Shown: positions 13,409 to 27,203 of the stretch, in pieces | Layout: each line of letters begins with the position of its first letter | Numbering within the stretch: position 1 is the first letter of the stretch | Origin: Eledone cirrhosa | Taxonomy: Eukaryota | Direction: 5' to 3' | DNA: 64,000 nucleotides | NCBI GenBank assembly: GCA_964016885.1 | Contig: OZ024740.1 | Coordinates: 92,318,001 to 92,382,000, forward strand | Translations under genes and position numbers: made by a program | The notes under the pieces: generated by a model | The model's input: the letters and a program-made list of their open reading frames with translations, nothing else | Told to the model about the DNA's origin: nothing | Databases searched by the model: none

Positions 13409-16219
13409 CATACGCGTACATTCGCCAGATGTGAATATATATATATATATATATTTCATACGCGTACACTTGCCAAATGTGAATATATATATATATATGT
13501 GTATGTGAACCGGATGATTTATGTGTCTCTAATTCTGTGTTCATTATCAATATGATAATTATATCACACCTCTTCAACTCGGTGTTTCCGATACAATATT
13601 CTCTGATTGATATAGCGAGATATTATACAGACATACGTCATTGTGATGTGTTTTATTTTAAAATTAATGTATCACTCACTAGGATATCAATACTTTATCT
13701 CATTAATTATTACATTCTTCGAAACTTTACATTACTTAATGATTCATGCATATTAAATATCTGCAATAAAGTGTTGCCGATATGCAAATGGGATTAAAGT
13801 TTTGAAATTAAATAAATTATATATCAAATTGATTTCAATATTTCCAGATGTGCATGTCAACAACAAATTATTAATTCGTATATTTATCCACTGGTGTATT
13901 TTAGTATATATATGAAATATGTTACCATCCTCATGTTCGATGTCATTTGCATAAGTATTGATTTAATGCATGGAGTTGACTATTTCACAATTTAAATGCG
14001 GATTTCATGTATACATTCATACTGAATTCTGTAATACGCAAACTGTCTGACCGATCTATACAATAACTCATAATAAGAACCGGATATCACTGAGTTCAAT
14101 GTTGCTCAATAACATTTTCTTAAGCGCATCACGATGAGGCCATAATTTTGAAATATATTCATTCTAGTTTACAGAGATTCCATTGCAAGCCTTAATTATA
14201 GTTAGAGTTCAAATGTATGGGCTTCCGAGAAGTATAGAAAATGCATTTCTTTTCAAAATATTTCTTTGAAATAATCGAAACAAATAAAAACTGCCGGATA
14301 TGCACTGATACACTCCAGCATTCACTAAAACTCAAACCCACACGTACTACAAAACCATTAATTATTACAATCTGCATACATAAGCAGATATTCGTGATGT
14401 ATATATGTATCCATATATTGATATATGTACAAGGACACATACAATCATATATTAAAATAATTTAGGGAGGTTAAGGGCAAATGTTAGATGAGTAAAGAGA
14501 TGTACAATCATTAGCACATTCATAATGGTTATATGTATGTAAATGCGTCTACATTTTTGTAGATGCAGGTATATGTAGATCATTGTTCTTGAACATGTTT
14601 GTTTCTGTAGCTGAAGGAGAGAACATGTTCGTTTTGAGGCTGATTGTGCAATGGTTGCTCAAATGAAATGTTATATTTCAGAAACGAAAACGGAATTATA
14701 TTTTAACCTTTGTTGTATATCATTGCCTTCACACTTTCATTCAATTTATAACACAGTTGTTAATTATATATATATGATTTTCATATTCGACTTGAGCGCC
14801 TAATGGTAGGCCTTCGCTATTCTTAAAAGAATATCGAATTTTAGGAAGTTGGAATTAACAATATTTTTAGGTGTATTCTAAATATCGTTTATGCAATGAC
14901 TCGCAATTACGTTTGATTAGTATGCTGTGTCAATTGAGTATATATATATAGAAACTCGAATATGTTGTCATTTGTGTTAGACTTGAAGAAACATGTTTGT
15001 TTTGCGAGTTTAGAACACATTTTATACGGATATTTCAAAGAATCTGTCTGCTATGTGTTACCGTAGAAAAGAAAAATAGAGGCGAGATTGCATTAACAAG
15101 ACAAGGGTACGTATGGCAAGCGCAAATGTGTGCTGTTACAATTATGGAAGATTTATTTATGGCAGTTTAAATATATGTGTGTTTAATGAGATTTGTTTTC
15201 TTTTTTGGGGGTGTGGGTTATGTAGGTAAAGGAATTACCGTTCTATATTTCATATATACTGGGCGAAAGTCTTGTTACCACCTGCCACGACTTTGGCCCA
15301 TGTCGTTATCGGTTAGTTCATTGATGAATGTTGGCTTAAACGATTAAAATTATATATTATATTTAATGATATTATATATTATATGAAAGTTAAATCAATA
15401 TGTAGAGGAAACACGACTTTTGGACCATCCTGCACATCAGAACATTTACATTTAAGGCCTTTTTGACGTTGTCCTATGTTTCACGCACATGTGTATCATA
15501 GAATCGATTGCCAATTCTGAGGCAAATAAGTTTTTTTATTTTTCTAAGTAATCATTGTGGGATTCTGGATGTGAATTATATGTAATGCCTGGCTCAATTT
15601 TTTTTTCGTTTTGATTTGTGTGTGATGAATATTTGGGAGTAGTGTAATATATTGGGGGTTAACGTTCAGGAGGTGTTATTGATTAAACTTTGATTAGTGG
15701 TGTAATGCTTTTAGTTACTTTTCATAGCGTTGAGAAACAGATGAAAATGTGGTTTGAATGACGATCTGTTTGCTGTTTATTTGCGCACAAGAATCATATA
15801 AATAATTAAATAACTTATAAATATAGTTCCCATAAGTATTTGGCAAATGTGTTCAATATTTGAATATGTGTAACTCCAGAACATACTATATGCCTAATCT
15901 CGTCACTCTTAACACTTTATTCAAATAAAAACTGAGCGAAATGTCTGGTTTTATCGTTCAGTGTCCTTCGTTTCTTCTATAACACTCGAAAACAATCTGC
16001 TCGCTAATCTCTGGATCTATGATACCGTTTTATACATTTTTGAAATAAAAAAAATGAAATATTTCTTGTTCAAACCAACTCCCTGAGTTTTGTTATTAGT
16101 GCTTACACGCACGCACCCCACACACTCGCACACACATATATAGCCTTACCCACCGCATTTTTGTTCATGCAATCTCGCCTCCATGAAATTGTGACTATAT
16201 ATATATATATATATATATA

Positions 16220-16458
16220 GTAAAGTTATTTCTTTTAGTAAAAAAAAATGAGATATAAGGAAAGTATAAGAAAAAGAAACCGAATATGCACCTGCAATCT
16301 TTTTTTAAGAATAGTTATTTATTTCATTTACCGGTTTCATACATATTATGCTTTTCAAAAGTAAATTTTAGATGGTGATTGGTGATTTTTCAACAAATTA
16401 ATATTTTTTAAAAGTCTCCAGTTGCATTTTCGGTTTCTTATTCTTATATATCTTATTC
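16220..16458 (-). mobile_element. Miniature PLE pseudo-LTR derivative with imperfect inverted ends and variant HHR
   Basis: aagaaaccgaatatgcacctg / cagttgcattttcggtttctt inverted; - strand UUGAAAA-GCAU..AU-GAAA-CCGGUA; related to 31195-31360 and 39573-39769. Confidence 0.55.
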
Positions 16459-16472
16459 TTATATATATACAA

Positions 16473-16656
<184 letters not shown>

Positions 16657-16703
16657 CATATATGTATATATGTATATATAAATATATAAATATATATCAT
16701 ATA

Positions 16704-16735
<32 letters not shown>

Positions 16736-16745
16736 AATGTATATC

Positions 16746-16780
<35 letters not shown>

Positions 16781-16855
16781 AATATATATCATATATGTAT
16801 GTATATATATATATATATATATAAATATATATCATATATCAAATATATATATATC

Positions 16856-18847
16856 TTGCGTTTACCGAATTCGTAGACCAGACCCCCTTATCTTCTTCTT
16901 CTTCTTCTTCTTTTTCTTCTTCGTCTTCTTCTTCTTCTTCTTCTTCTTCTTCTTCTTCTTCTTCTTCCTCTTCCCTCCTTTTTCTTTCTCTGTCTCTCTC
17001 TCCCGCCCCCCGTCAAACTTGGGCGAAATTCTTTCCTTGCTCACATTTCAACCAGGTTTGATGGTCTTTCGTCTCTTGTTCACGATTTCACAGAGTTTAT
17101 ATTCATAGAGATCTGGGACTTGTCTATTTCTACTCACTTTCCGTTGCTTAAACCTTTTTGTTGTTACTCTAGCGTCCCCCTTTATTTACGTGTCCCAACG
17201 ACTTTTTTTAGCCGTTGTTCGCACCAACCCGAGGCATATGGCCCTTCAAGCGGTGAAATGCCGAGGACGGTTGGAGGGTCACTGATGAAGGACTCACTTT
17301 TTCATATGTATCCCATTTGCAACGCCGCAGCTCCATTATTATCATCATATTTACACATATAATTTCTCCATGCTGCCTTCGTCTGTTTCATTCCTTGTAT
17401 CTTTACCACTTCTAGCAGTCTCCCTCTCTGTTACTCTCTCCTCAACTTTCACTCACTCATTCTCTGTCACTACCTCTCCTCCTCCTCTTTCCTCCTCCTC
17501 CTTCAAGTTTGACCTGTGTGTAATTCTTTTCTCGCGCAGTCTTGACCGAGCTGGTATGGAATTTTTTTCTCTCTCTCTTTCGTCTGCGACTTCACAAAAC
17601 TTGCGTTTACCGAATTCGTAGACCAGACCCCCTTATCTTCTTCTTCTTCTTCTTCTTCTTCTTCTTCTTCTTCTTCTTCTTCTTCTTCTTCTTCTTCTTC
17701 TTCTTCTTCTTCTTCTTCTTCTTCTTCTTCTTCTCTCCTTTTTTCTTTCTCTCTCTCTCTCTTTCCCCCCCCCCCCGTCAAACTTGGGCGAAATTCTTTC
17801 CTTGCTCACATTTCAACCAGGTTTGATGGTCTTTCGTCTCTTGTTCACGATTTCAAAGAGTTTATATTCATAGAGATCTGGGACTTGTCTATTTCTACTC
17901 ACTTTCCGTTGCTTAAACCTTTTTGTTGTTACTCTAGCGTCCCCCTTTATTTACGTGTCCCAACGACTTTTTTTAGCCGTTGTTCGCACCAACCTGAGGC
18001 ATATGGCCCTTAAAGCGATGAAATGCCGAGGACGGTTGGAGGGTCACTGATGAAGGACTCACTTTTTCATATGTATCCCATTTGCAACGCCGCAGCTCCA
18101 TTATTATCATCATATTTACACATATAATTTTTCCATGCTGCCTTCGTCTGTTTCGTTCCTTGTATCTTTACAACTTCTAGCAGTCTCCCTCTCTGTTACT
18201 CTCTCCTCAACTTTCACTCACTCATTCTCTGTCACTACCTCTCCTCCTCCTCTTTCCTCCTCCTCCTTCAAGTTTGACCTGTGTGTAATTCTTTTCTCGC
18301 GCAGTCTTGACCGAGCTGGTATGGAATTTTGTTCTCTCTCTCTTTCGTCTTCGACTTCACAAAACTTGCGTTTACCGAATTCGTAGACCAGACCCCCTTA
18401 TCTTCTTCTTCTTCTTCTTCTTCTTCTTCTTCTTCTTCTTCTTCTTCTTCTTCTTCTTCTTCTTCTTCTTCTTCTTCTTCTTCTTCTTCTTCTTCTTCTT
18501 CTTCTTCTTCTTCTCTCCTTTTTCTTTCTCTCTCTCTCTCTTTTTTCCCCCCCGTCAAACTTGGGCGAAATTCTTTCCTTGCTCACATTTCAACCAGGTT
18601 TGATGGTCTTTCGTCTCTTGTTCACGATTTCACAGAGTTTATATTCATAGAGATCTGGGACTTGTCTATATCTACTCACTTTCCGTTGCTTAAACCTTTT
18701 TGTTGTTACTCTAGCGTCCCCCTTTATTTACGTGTCCCAACGACTTTTTTTTAGCCGTTGTTCGCACCAACCTGAGGCATATGGCCCTTAAAGCGATGAA
18801 ATGCCGAGGACGGTTGGAGGGTCACTGATGAAGGACTCACTTTTTCA
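16856..18847 (+). repeat. Tandem array of ~2.6 non-coding units of ~745-780 bp, each with (TTC)n and a structured RNA motif
   Basis: Units start ttgcgtttaccgaattcgtagacc at ~16856, ~17601 and ~18366; near-identical apart from (TTC)n length; flanked by (TA)n. Confidence 0.95.
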
Positions 18848-18959
18848 TATATATATATATATTTATATGTATCTATATATATATAAATATATATCATATA
18901 TGTATATAAAGAAATATATATCATATATGTATATATATGAATGTATATATATATATATA

Positions 18960-19338
18960 TTAATAATAATAAATTTGAAGACTAAAATCCAAAGATGGCT
19001 CGATAAGGATAAATATATATCAAACATATAAAAACCGTAGAGAAAATATTTACTAAAATAACAGATGAAAATTTAAACAAAGAATCGCTGCTTTCACCAT
19101 TAACGGGATCTAACGGAAACTAACCAATCAGAAGATCCTATTAAGAGTGAAAGCAGCGATTCTTTGCTTAAACTTCAATCTGTCATTTTAATAAATATTA
19201 ATTAAAATAACAGATTAAAGTTTAAGCAAAGAATCGCTGCTTTCACCCTTAAAGGGATCTTCTGAATCTAACCAATCAGAAGATCCCTTTAAGGGTGAAA
19301 GCAGCGATTCTTTGCTTAAACTTTAATCTGTTATTTTA

Positions 19339-19345
<7 letters not shown>
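18960..19345. repeat. Fold-back array of four alternating copies of a ~68-bp unit
   Basis: gatccctttaagggtgaaagcagcgattctttgcttaaactttaatctgttattttaat in -,+,-,+ orientation (~19045, 19131, 19197, 19277); unit also at ~33758, ~36893 and ~37067. Confidence 0.85.
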
Positions 19346-19427
<82 letters not shown>

Positions 19428-19442
19428 AATATATCATATATG

Positions 19443-19473
<31 letters not shown>

Positions 19474-19547
19474 ATAAATATATATCAAATATGTATATAT
19501 ATAAATATATATCCTATATATATATATATTAATATATATATATATAT

Positions 19548-19778
19548 AAACGTTTGAATATGTATAATAAAGCCAAAACAATGCAGGTATGGACATAGAA
19601 AAAAGAATGCAATTGCAAAAGATATTGTTGACAATTCGTCTTTTACCTTAGATTTATTTTAAATGCCCTTAATTTTCGAGATAATATCTCTTCTTCAGAG
19701 GGAAATAAAGGTCTCAAACCAACGTTCTAAATATCTAGCCAAGCCATGCTGACAGGAAATTACTATTTCCTGTCAGCC
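19548..19778 (-). mobile_element. Partial PLE pseudo-LTR with HHR (19652-19709)
   Basis: Reverse complement of ~23080-23290; UUUAUUUCCCU-CUGAAGA-A-GAGAUA-U-UAUCUC-GAAA..UUUA|AAAUAAA. Confidence 0.75.
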
Positions 19779-19954
19779 ATGAGGAATTAGCTTTTAATGA
19801 GTTCCCTTTTCTGTCAACGAATGACCTACACCCATCCCACTTCCTACCCTCTACTACCACTTGAAGAGACCTATAAATACCATACTTAATTTTTGATAAC
19901 CAGATTCCTGATGATTTCTAAAGAATGAAACATTTCTATTTCTGTAGAATCTCA

Positions 19955-20491
<537 letters not shown>

Positions 20492-20525
20492 TGTTCTGTC
20501 CTACGCCATCATAATCAAGATATCG

Positions 20526-20767
20526 TAGGACAGAAGAAAGGAGAGGCACAAAAAAACAAAGAAAATAATCCCCAGTCACTGAAGAGGTCACATAATGTGT
20601 GACGAAAGAACTTTGACAATATATAAACAACCAGCTGCTTGTGGAACCAACCAACCGGAAATTTATAAATTCTTAAATTTATAAATTTATTATAATAAAT
20701 TGAAGTGAAACCAACTGGTGCGTGTGTTTCTTATTGGCAACATGAGCCTCCCAAAGTATAACAATAT
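20526..20767 (+). mobile_element. Solo pseudo-LTR of the 6324-8552 family
   Basis: Reverse complement of 6324-6570, including the HHR and terminal ctcccaaagtataacaata. Confidence 0.85.
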
Positions 20768-20769
20768 AT

Positions 20770-22945
20770 ATATGGCTTGAGGGAATTTCCAACCTATGGT
20801 GTTGTTACTGCCCATATAGCTTGAGGGAGGTCTGGCTGAGAGGTGGCTACATGTTCTGGAAAAGTCGCTATAGCTTGAGGGGGTTCACATCTTATTGTGT
20901 TGCAACTGTCCATATATGTTGAAGAAGGTCCCGGCCCTGAGGTGTCAGCATGTCCCGAAGAAGTCGCTTCTGAGGTTTATCGGGCCGGTTCTACCTCTTA
21001 GTATCACGAGGATCTCGTTCATACATAGTTTGCATATGCGAGATTCCCCTTTATCGCGTGGTACTTTCCTGATTATGGACCAGGCCAGAGAGTACGGGGT
21101 CCTGTCCAGCTTAAGCTTCCAGATCAGGTCGGAGAGAGCCGTACTTTTCCTTTTAGCCTCCTTATTGAAGGAATAGCGATGGTTATACCAGCGGTCTTTA
21201 AAGCTTGTTGATGTGGCTCGTATGTAGAGGTGTTCGGAGTTGGGGGTTTTAAACCTACAACCGCATACTAGGTTCTTCTTAAGGCATTCATTACCAAGGG
21301 GGCATGATTCGGGGTTTCTGCAGTTGCTGAGGGTGGTGGACATATGCGTGCCTAGATTGGGGTTCCCGTTAGGTGTTATATGGTGGTCTTCCTCCAGGCA
21401 GGGTGGGGGTCTCCGGGTCTGTTTGGATTTCTTGGATGAGCACTGGGTCCCCCTTTCCCCCCTTTCACATGGTTTTGCTGAGTGCTTGTATTGCCATCTT
21501 CTGGTTGTGTGTGGTTTTTAAGCCTACTCCTGTTGATACTACCTATGTGATGGTTCAGATTTCTCGTGGTGGAATACGAGAGCTTCACAGTGTGTCTGTT
21601 TACGATCTTGTGGCATCTATGGTCCCTCGGGAAGCATTTATCAAGTGCTCCAAAGAATGATCGGGCCAAGCTGTTCGTTAGGGCCGCTGAGTAGGGTGGG
21701 TTTTACCACGTGATTTTTCTGTGTCTCCTTCTATATGTGTGGGTCAGTGGTGTCGTGAGTTGTTGGAAATGTGTTGGGTTGCTGGTGGTTCCCGCATTGT
21801 TGCTTCCCCTTTGGGCGCTATGAGTTTTGTTATCTTCACGGCCCGAATATGTGGGGTGGTCGTTGCCCGCGCTGGGAGATCTTCCGTGGGGTGGTCGCCC
21901 CACCCACGTGTCCTGCAGTTGTGGTCGTTGGGCCCGGGGTGTTTAGCATGACCTCTGAGACTGCTCCACATATTGGGTTCCATCTCATGGTTAGGCGTAC
22001 TCGTCACCAACGCCCGTGTGGTGGTGTCGGGCTCCTTGTGCCTATTTCTTTCTGTTCTGTCTGTATTGTTAGGGTTGACCCCCTCGGGCAACGCGTGTGT
22101 GGGTGTCTGTTGGGCCATCCCCATCCCGGTGCTTCGGACTATATGGTATATTTTGTCCATGTGCCGCCTTATTTAGAGCTGTGTTGTAATATTCTGCGTT
22201 GTTATCGAATATTTCCTTACTTGTGGACAGGCTGGAGATCCTGTCCGAGACACTCTTCAAGTCGGCCTTGGTTATGGATCGAGGGTGGTATGAATTGGCG
22301 TTAACATACACGAGTTTCTCGTTGGGCTTGTGGTAGGGGTAGTATTGTTAGGTTTAGGGTGGTGTCTAAGAAGTTAACTACCTTTCTATTTGGATCTAGT
22401 TCTATACTGAGACCCTCGTTCTTAAAGAAATGGCGAATACGCCTACTCATTCCCTCCAACATATTGGTGCTGCGGTCATATACTGTGAAGAGAGCATCGT
22501 CACGGTATAATCCGCCGCCAATAGTACTCAATAAGGCCCCATTTTTAACGATGTCCAATACAGACCTAACCCGAGAGGAGGTGAGCATCATCCACGCCGC
22601 AAGAAAAACCTTAATCCGTTTCGATGGAGACCTTTGGACCAGGAGTGATTGGCCATATAACTTTGACATCACGATGGGCTCCAGCGACTCAGCACAGGTA
22701 ACGGACCTAGTTTGGCTCTTCCTGTTGAAGCAGATAAAAGATGAAATCCCCTGCCTGGGCGGGGAATTATACCGTGACGATGCTCTCTTCACAGTATATG
22801 ACCACAGTACTAATATTTTGAAGGAAATGAGGAGGCGTATTCGCCATTTCTTTAAGAACTAGGGGCTCAGTATAGAACTAGACCCAAATAGAAAGGTAGT
22901 TATCTTCTTAGACGTCACCCTAAACCTGAACACCGAACAATACAC
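20770..22945 (-). mobile_element. Decayed GLYRDD-type PLE with a 5' inversion
   Basis: Minus strand: GGLYRDDAL, NFLDTTLNL, FFGALDKCFP, GIY-YIG (CPLGNECL..FKDRWYNH..CKLCMNE, ORF 20945-21343); 22520-22945 is an RT piece on + whose 22760-22930 mirrors 22345-22516. Confidence 0.85.
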
Positions 22946-23327
22946 ACATAATTACACATTCACGCAATCTCCTACACACTTAAACAGACATGTAAAGAAG
23001 AACATTATAAAGGGAGACAACTCTTTATCCACCTAACCTTAACTCTTTGACATTAGAGATAGAACAGATACTCTATACCATTTCCTGTCAGCATGACTTG
23101 GCAAGCTATTTAGAACACTGGTTTAAACGCTTTTCTTCCCTCCGAAGAAGAGATATTATCTCGAAAATTAAAGACATTTACATAAATCTAAGGTAAAAGA
23201 CTAATTGTCAACAATATCTTTTGCATTTGCATTTTTGATTCTATGTCCATGCCAGCATTGTTTTGGCTTTACAAATTCAAACGTTTATACCTCATTACAC
23301 AATGCTTCTAATGAACTATAACTTCCT
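22945..23327 (+). mobile_element. PLE pseudo-LTR with HHR motif (23131-23190)
   Basis: CCGAAGA-A-GAGAUAUUAUCUC-GAAA; homologous to 19548-19778 (-) and 61637-62020 (-). Confidence 0.75.
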
Positions 23328-23374
23328 CCACATACACACACATATATATATATATATATATACATACATACATA

Positions 23375-23409
<35 letters not shown>

Positions 23410-23411
<2 letters not shown>

Positions 23412-23571
23412 CGAAGGAAATGTGGTAAGGAAGCAGGTGGACCATAACGCACCAAAGTACTCAATACTTAGGGTAGTAGAGAGGTAACAGGAACGAGTAG
23501 GGCCCCGACGCCTGAGCTCAACCGTTTCGACGAAACGGCTCGAGCTCAGCGCGTCGGGGTCCTACTCGTTC
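23410..23571. repeat. Short GC-rich fold-back plus ~80-bp one-sided tail in (TA)n
   Basis: gaacgagtagg..tgagctcaaccgtttcg / cgaaacggctcgagctcag..cctactcgttc; homologue in opposite orientation at 44002-44210. Confidence 0.8.
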
Positions 23572-23573
23572 AT

Positions 23574-23646
<73 letters not shown>

Positions 23647-23675
23647 TGATATATATATATATATATACATATATG

Positions 23676-23709
<34 letters not shown>

Positions 23710-23756
23710 ATATATATATACATATATGATATATATATATATATATATATGTGTGA

Positions 23757-23800
<44 letters not shown>

Positions 23801-24008
23801 GAATGTATATGCATAATTAGATACAGAGTGATTTGATGCTTATTTTCATTGATTATTTGCTGCAGGAAATTGTTGAGTGCTCTAATCAGCTATAGACATT
23901 TATGCCCTTTTCTATTTATTTATTTATTTCTTATTTGCCGTATTCCCAACTATTTGTATACACCTTTCACCTTTTTATTTTTATATATATATAATATTTA
24001 TGTATTTT

Positions 24009-24117
<109 letters not shown>

Positions 24118-24683
24118 GTATATATATTTAGAGATATAGATATAGATAGGTAAATATACACGGGTGTGTATGATTGTGTATAGAATATTATATTAATAAG
24201 AGGAATTCCAACTTTGTCTGATTTACTCGTTTTATTTACAATCCTTTAAAATATATAATGGTAGTATAATGATGTTTTAACATCATGTATGTGTATATGT
24301 ATGTGTATGTGTGTGTGTGTGTATGTATTTATTTATATGTATGTATGTGTAAATGTAATTGTGTGTATGTACGTGTGTGTATGTACGTGTGTATATATGT
24401 ATGATTATGTGTGTATATATGTATATACATAGATGTATATATATATATATATATACATGTGTGTATTTGTGTGTATGTGTATGTATGTATATGTGGATAT
24501 ATATATGTGTGTATGTATGTATATATACATGTATGTGTATTTGCACGTGTATGTATGTGTGTATGTATATATATATATATATATGTAGAAGGTGAGTTTT
24601 ATTGTATTACAATAAAGCAATGTTGATTTAAACTGCACTATTCACAAGAGTGTGTTAACCATCATATCATGTCTCCCTATTTG

Positions 24684-24762
<79 letters not shown>

Positions 24763-24980
24763 GATATTAACAAATGGAAACTATATTTATAAAACCATAT
24801 TTAATTGTGTGTGTGAGTATGTAGAGGTGTCTGTATATATTTCTATTTTTGTACATTCGTATGTATGCGTGTATATATGTGTGTATGTATGTGTATATAC
24901 GTGTGTATATACGTATGATTGTGTGTATGTATATATGTATGTATATGTATGTGTGTATGCATATGTATGTGTATGTGTTT

Positions 24981-25022
<42 letters not shown>

Positions 25023-25370
25023 ATGTGTGTGGTGATATATATGTATGTGTATGTATGGATATGTTGATATTTATGTGTGTATGTATGTATGTATGTGTAT
25101 ATCTATGTGTATGTATATATATATACACGTATATATGAGTATGTGTGTGTGTATATGTGTGTGTGTATGTATGTGTGTATGTATATATATATATATATAT
25201 ATATGTGTATGAAATATAATTGTGTGTGTGTGAGTGTGTTTGCATGTGTGTTTGTATTTTATTTTTCCTTGCCTTCTTCCTTTTCCAGCCTCACTTTCAT
25301 ATAGATTGCATTTTTGTTTTTAAAATACAACGTCAATAAATACGCCAGGATTTTTTCAATTTGATGATTG

Positions 25371-26177
25371 TTGTAAACAAACATACCTAATTAAGCCGTA
25401 CAGTGTCTAGCAACCATCGTTGCTCATTCATTCAGCACTGACAAAGGAACGCTGTTTAGTTTCAAGCTTATTAGCTATCGTCAGCAACATATACCTTCCT
25501 GCCAGATGGTTGAATATCTGAGAGCATATACTTTCTTATGCATTTTAACGGCTGAGCAGCCTTATTTGCATATCGAATGAGTTAATCGGCCGGGGTACCG
25601 AAAATGATGAACGGAAAAATGAAACAAAATTTCATTTCCCACACTTAGAACGGCTGTTACTTAAATATAAGTATGTATACGTACATACATATATGTATAC
25701 AGACGTACAGTAGTATGCACATATATATATAGGTATATATATAAACAAACATGCACACATATATATATGTACGTATGGATTCACCGAACATTTATTATAA
25801 TGCTTGGTGTGTTTGTAAACAAACATCCCGAATTAAGCCGTACAGTGTCTAGCAACCATCGTTGCTCATTTGTTCAACACTGACAAAGGAATGCTGTACT
25901 AGTTTCAAGCTTATTAGATATCGTCAGCAACATATACCTTCCTGCCAGATGGTTGAACGTCTGAGAGTATATACTTTCCTCATGCATATTAACGGCTGAG
26001 CAGCCTAATGTGCATATCGAGTGAGTTAAACGGCCGGGGTACCGAAAGCGATAAACGAAAAAAATGAAACGAAATTTCATTTCCCACTCTTAGTACGGCT
26101 GTTACTTAAATATAAGTATGTATACGTACATACATATATGTATAAAGACGTACACTAGTATGCACACACACACACAC

Positions 26178-26263
<86 letters not shown>

Positions 26264-26700
26264 CATACATGCACACATACATATATGTACGTATGGATTC
26301 ACCGAACATTTATTATCATGCTCGGTGTGTTTGTGAACAAACATCCCGCATTAAGCCATACAGTGTCTAGCAACCATCGTTGCTCATTTTTCAAACACTG
26401 AGAAAGGAACGCTGTACTAATTTCAAGCCTAATAGCTATCGTCAGCAACGTATACCTTCCTGCCAGATGGTTGAACGCCTGAAAGTATATACTTTCCTTA
26501 TGCATATATATATATATATATATATATATGTGCATACTACTGTACGTCTGTATACATATATGTATGTAATTATACATACTTATATTTAAGTACCAGCAAC
26601 GATTGTTGCTAGTCACTGTGCGGCTTAATTCGATATGTTTGTTTACAAACACACCGAGCATTATATTAAATGTTCGGTGAATCCATACGTACATTATATG
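25371..26700 (-). mobile_element. Retrozyme-like tandem array of ~440-520-bp non-coding units, each with a minimal HHR; ends in an inverted partial unit
   Basis: Units start ~25371, ~25812 and ~26330; HHR at 25450-25489, 25892-25932 and 26410-26450 (-). Confidence 0.8.
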
Positions 26701-26720
26701 TGTGTGTGCAAGTATGTATG

Positions 26721-26787
<67 letters not shown>

Positions 26788-27137
26788 GTTAAAAGAATAG
26801 AGGTGTAACACACAAGTTATTATGTAATATATTGGTAAACGGAATAGAAAATGCTGACAAATTGTTCACAGTTGAAAAATGGTTTAATTAGGAATAAAAG
26901 AGTATTAGTGATTGTATGGGTTAGTATTCAGTTGTGGTTTTAAGTTTTTAAGTTTTTACCGGTTGCGCATTTCTAAATGCTTTTCAAAAATAATTTTGAG
27001 ATAGAGTGTCCGTGCTGTTTGCTCAGATCAGAGCAATACTGAATACTAACCCATACAATCACTAATACTCTTTTATTCCTAATTAAACCATTTTTCAACT
27101 GTTAACAATTTGTCAGCATTTTCTATTCCGTTTACCA

Positions 27138-27143
<6 letters not shown>
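26788..27143 (-). mobile_element. Miniature PLE derivative with ~107-bp inverted repeats, tail and variant HHR
   Basis: 26826-26932 inverted at 27037-27143; - strand UUGAAAA-GCAUU-UAGA-AAUGC-GCAA-CCGGUA at ~26953-26990. Confidence 0.7.

Positions 27144-27202
<59 letters not shown>

Positions 27203-27203
<1 letters not shown>

Noticed and set aside
13500-16200. Host exons in unique AT-rich DNA (AG..GT candidates near 14590 and 15066-15106; also 39930-43500)
   Set aside because: No convincing ORF or homology visible; small exons cannot be excluded without RNA-seq.
17503-18754. Poly-E/F/S/R ORFs, and Phe-rich ORFs at 1797-2185
   Set aside because: Frames of (TTC)n and T-rich low-complexity repeats.
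20770-20885. Three tagcttgaggg-like repeats with ~40-50-nt spacers, superficially CRISPR-like
   Set aside because: Repeats are only ~13 bp, the context is a eukaryotic PLE 3' UTR, and there are no cas genes.
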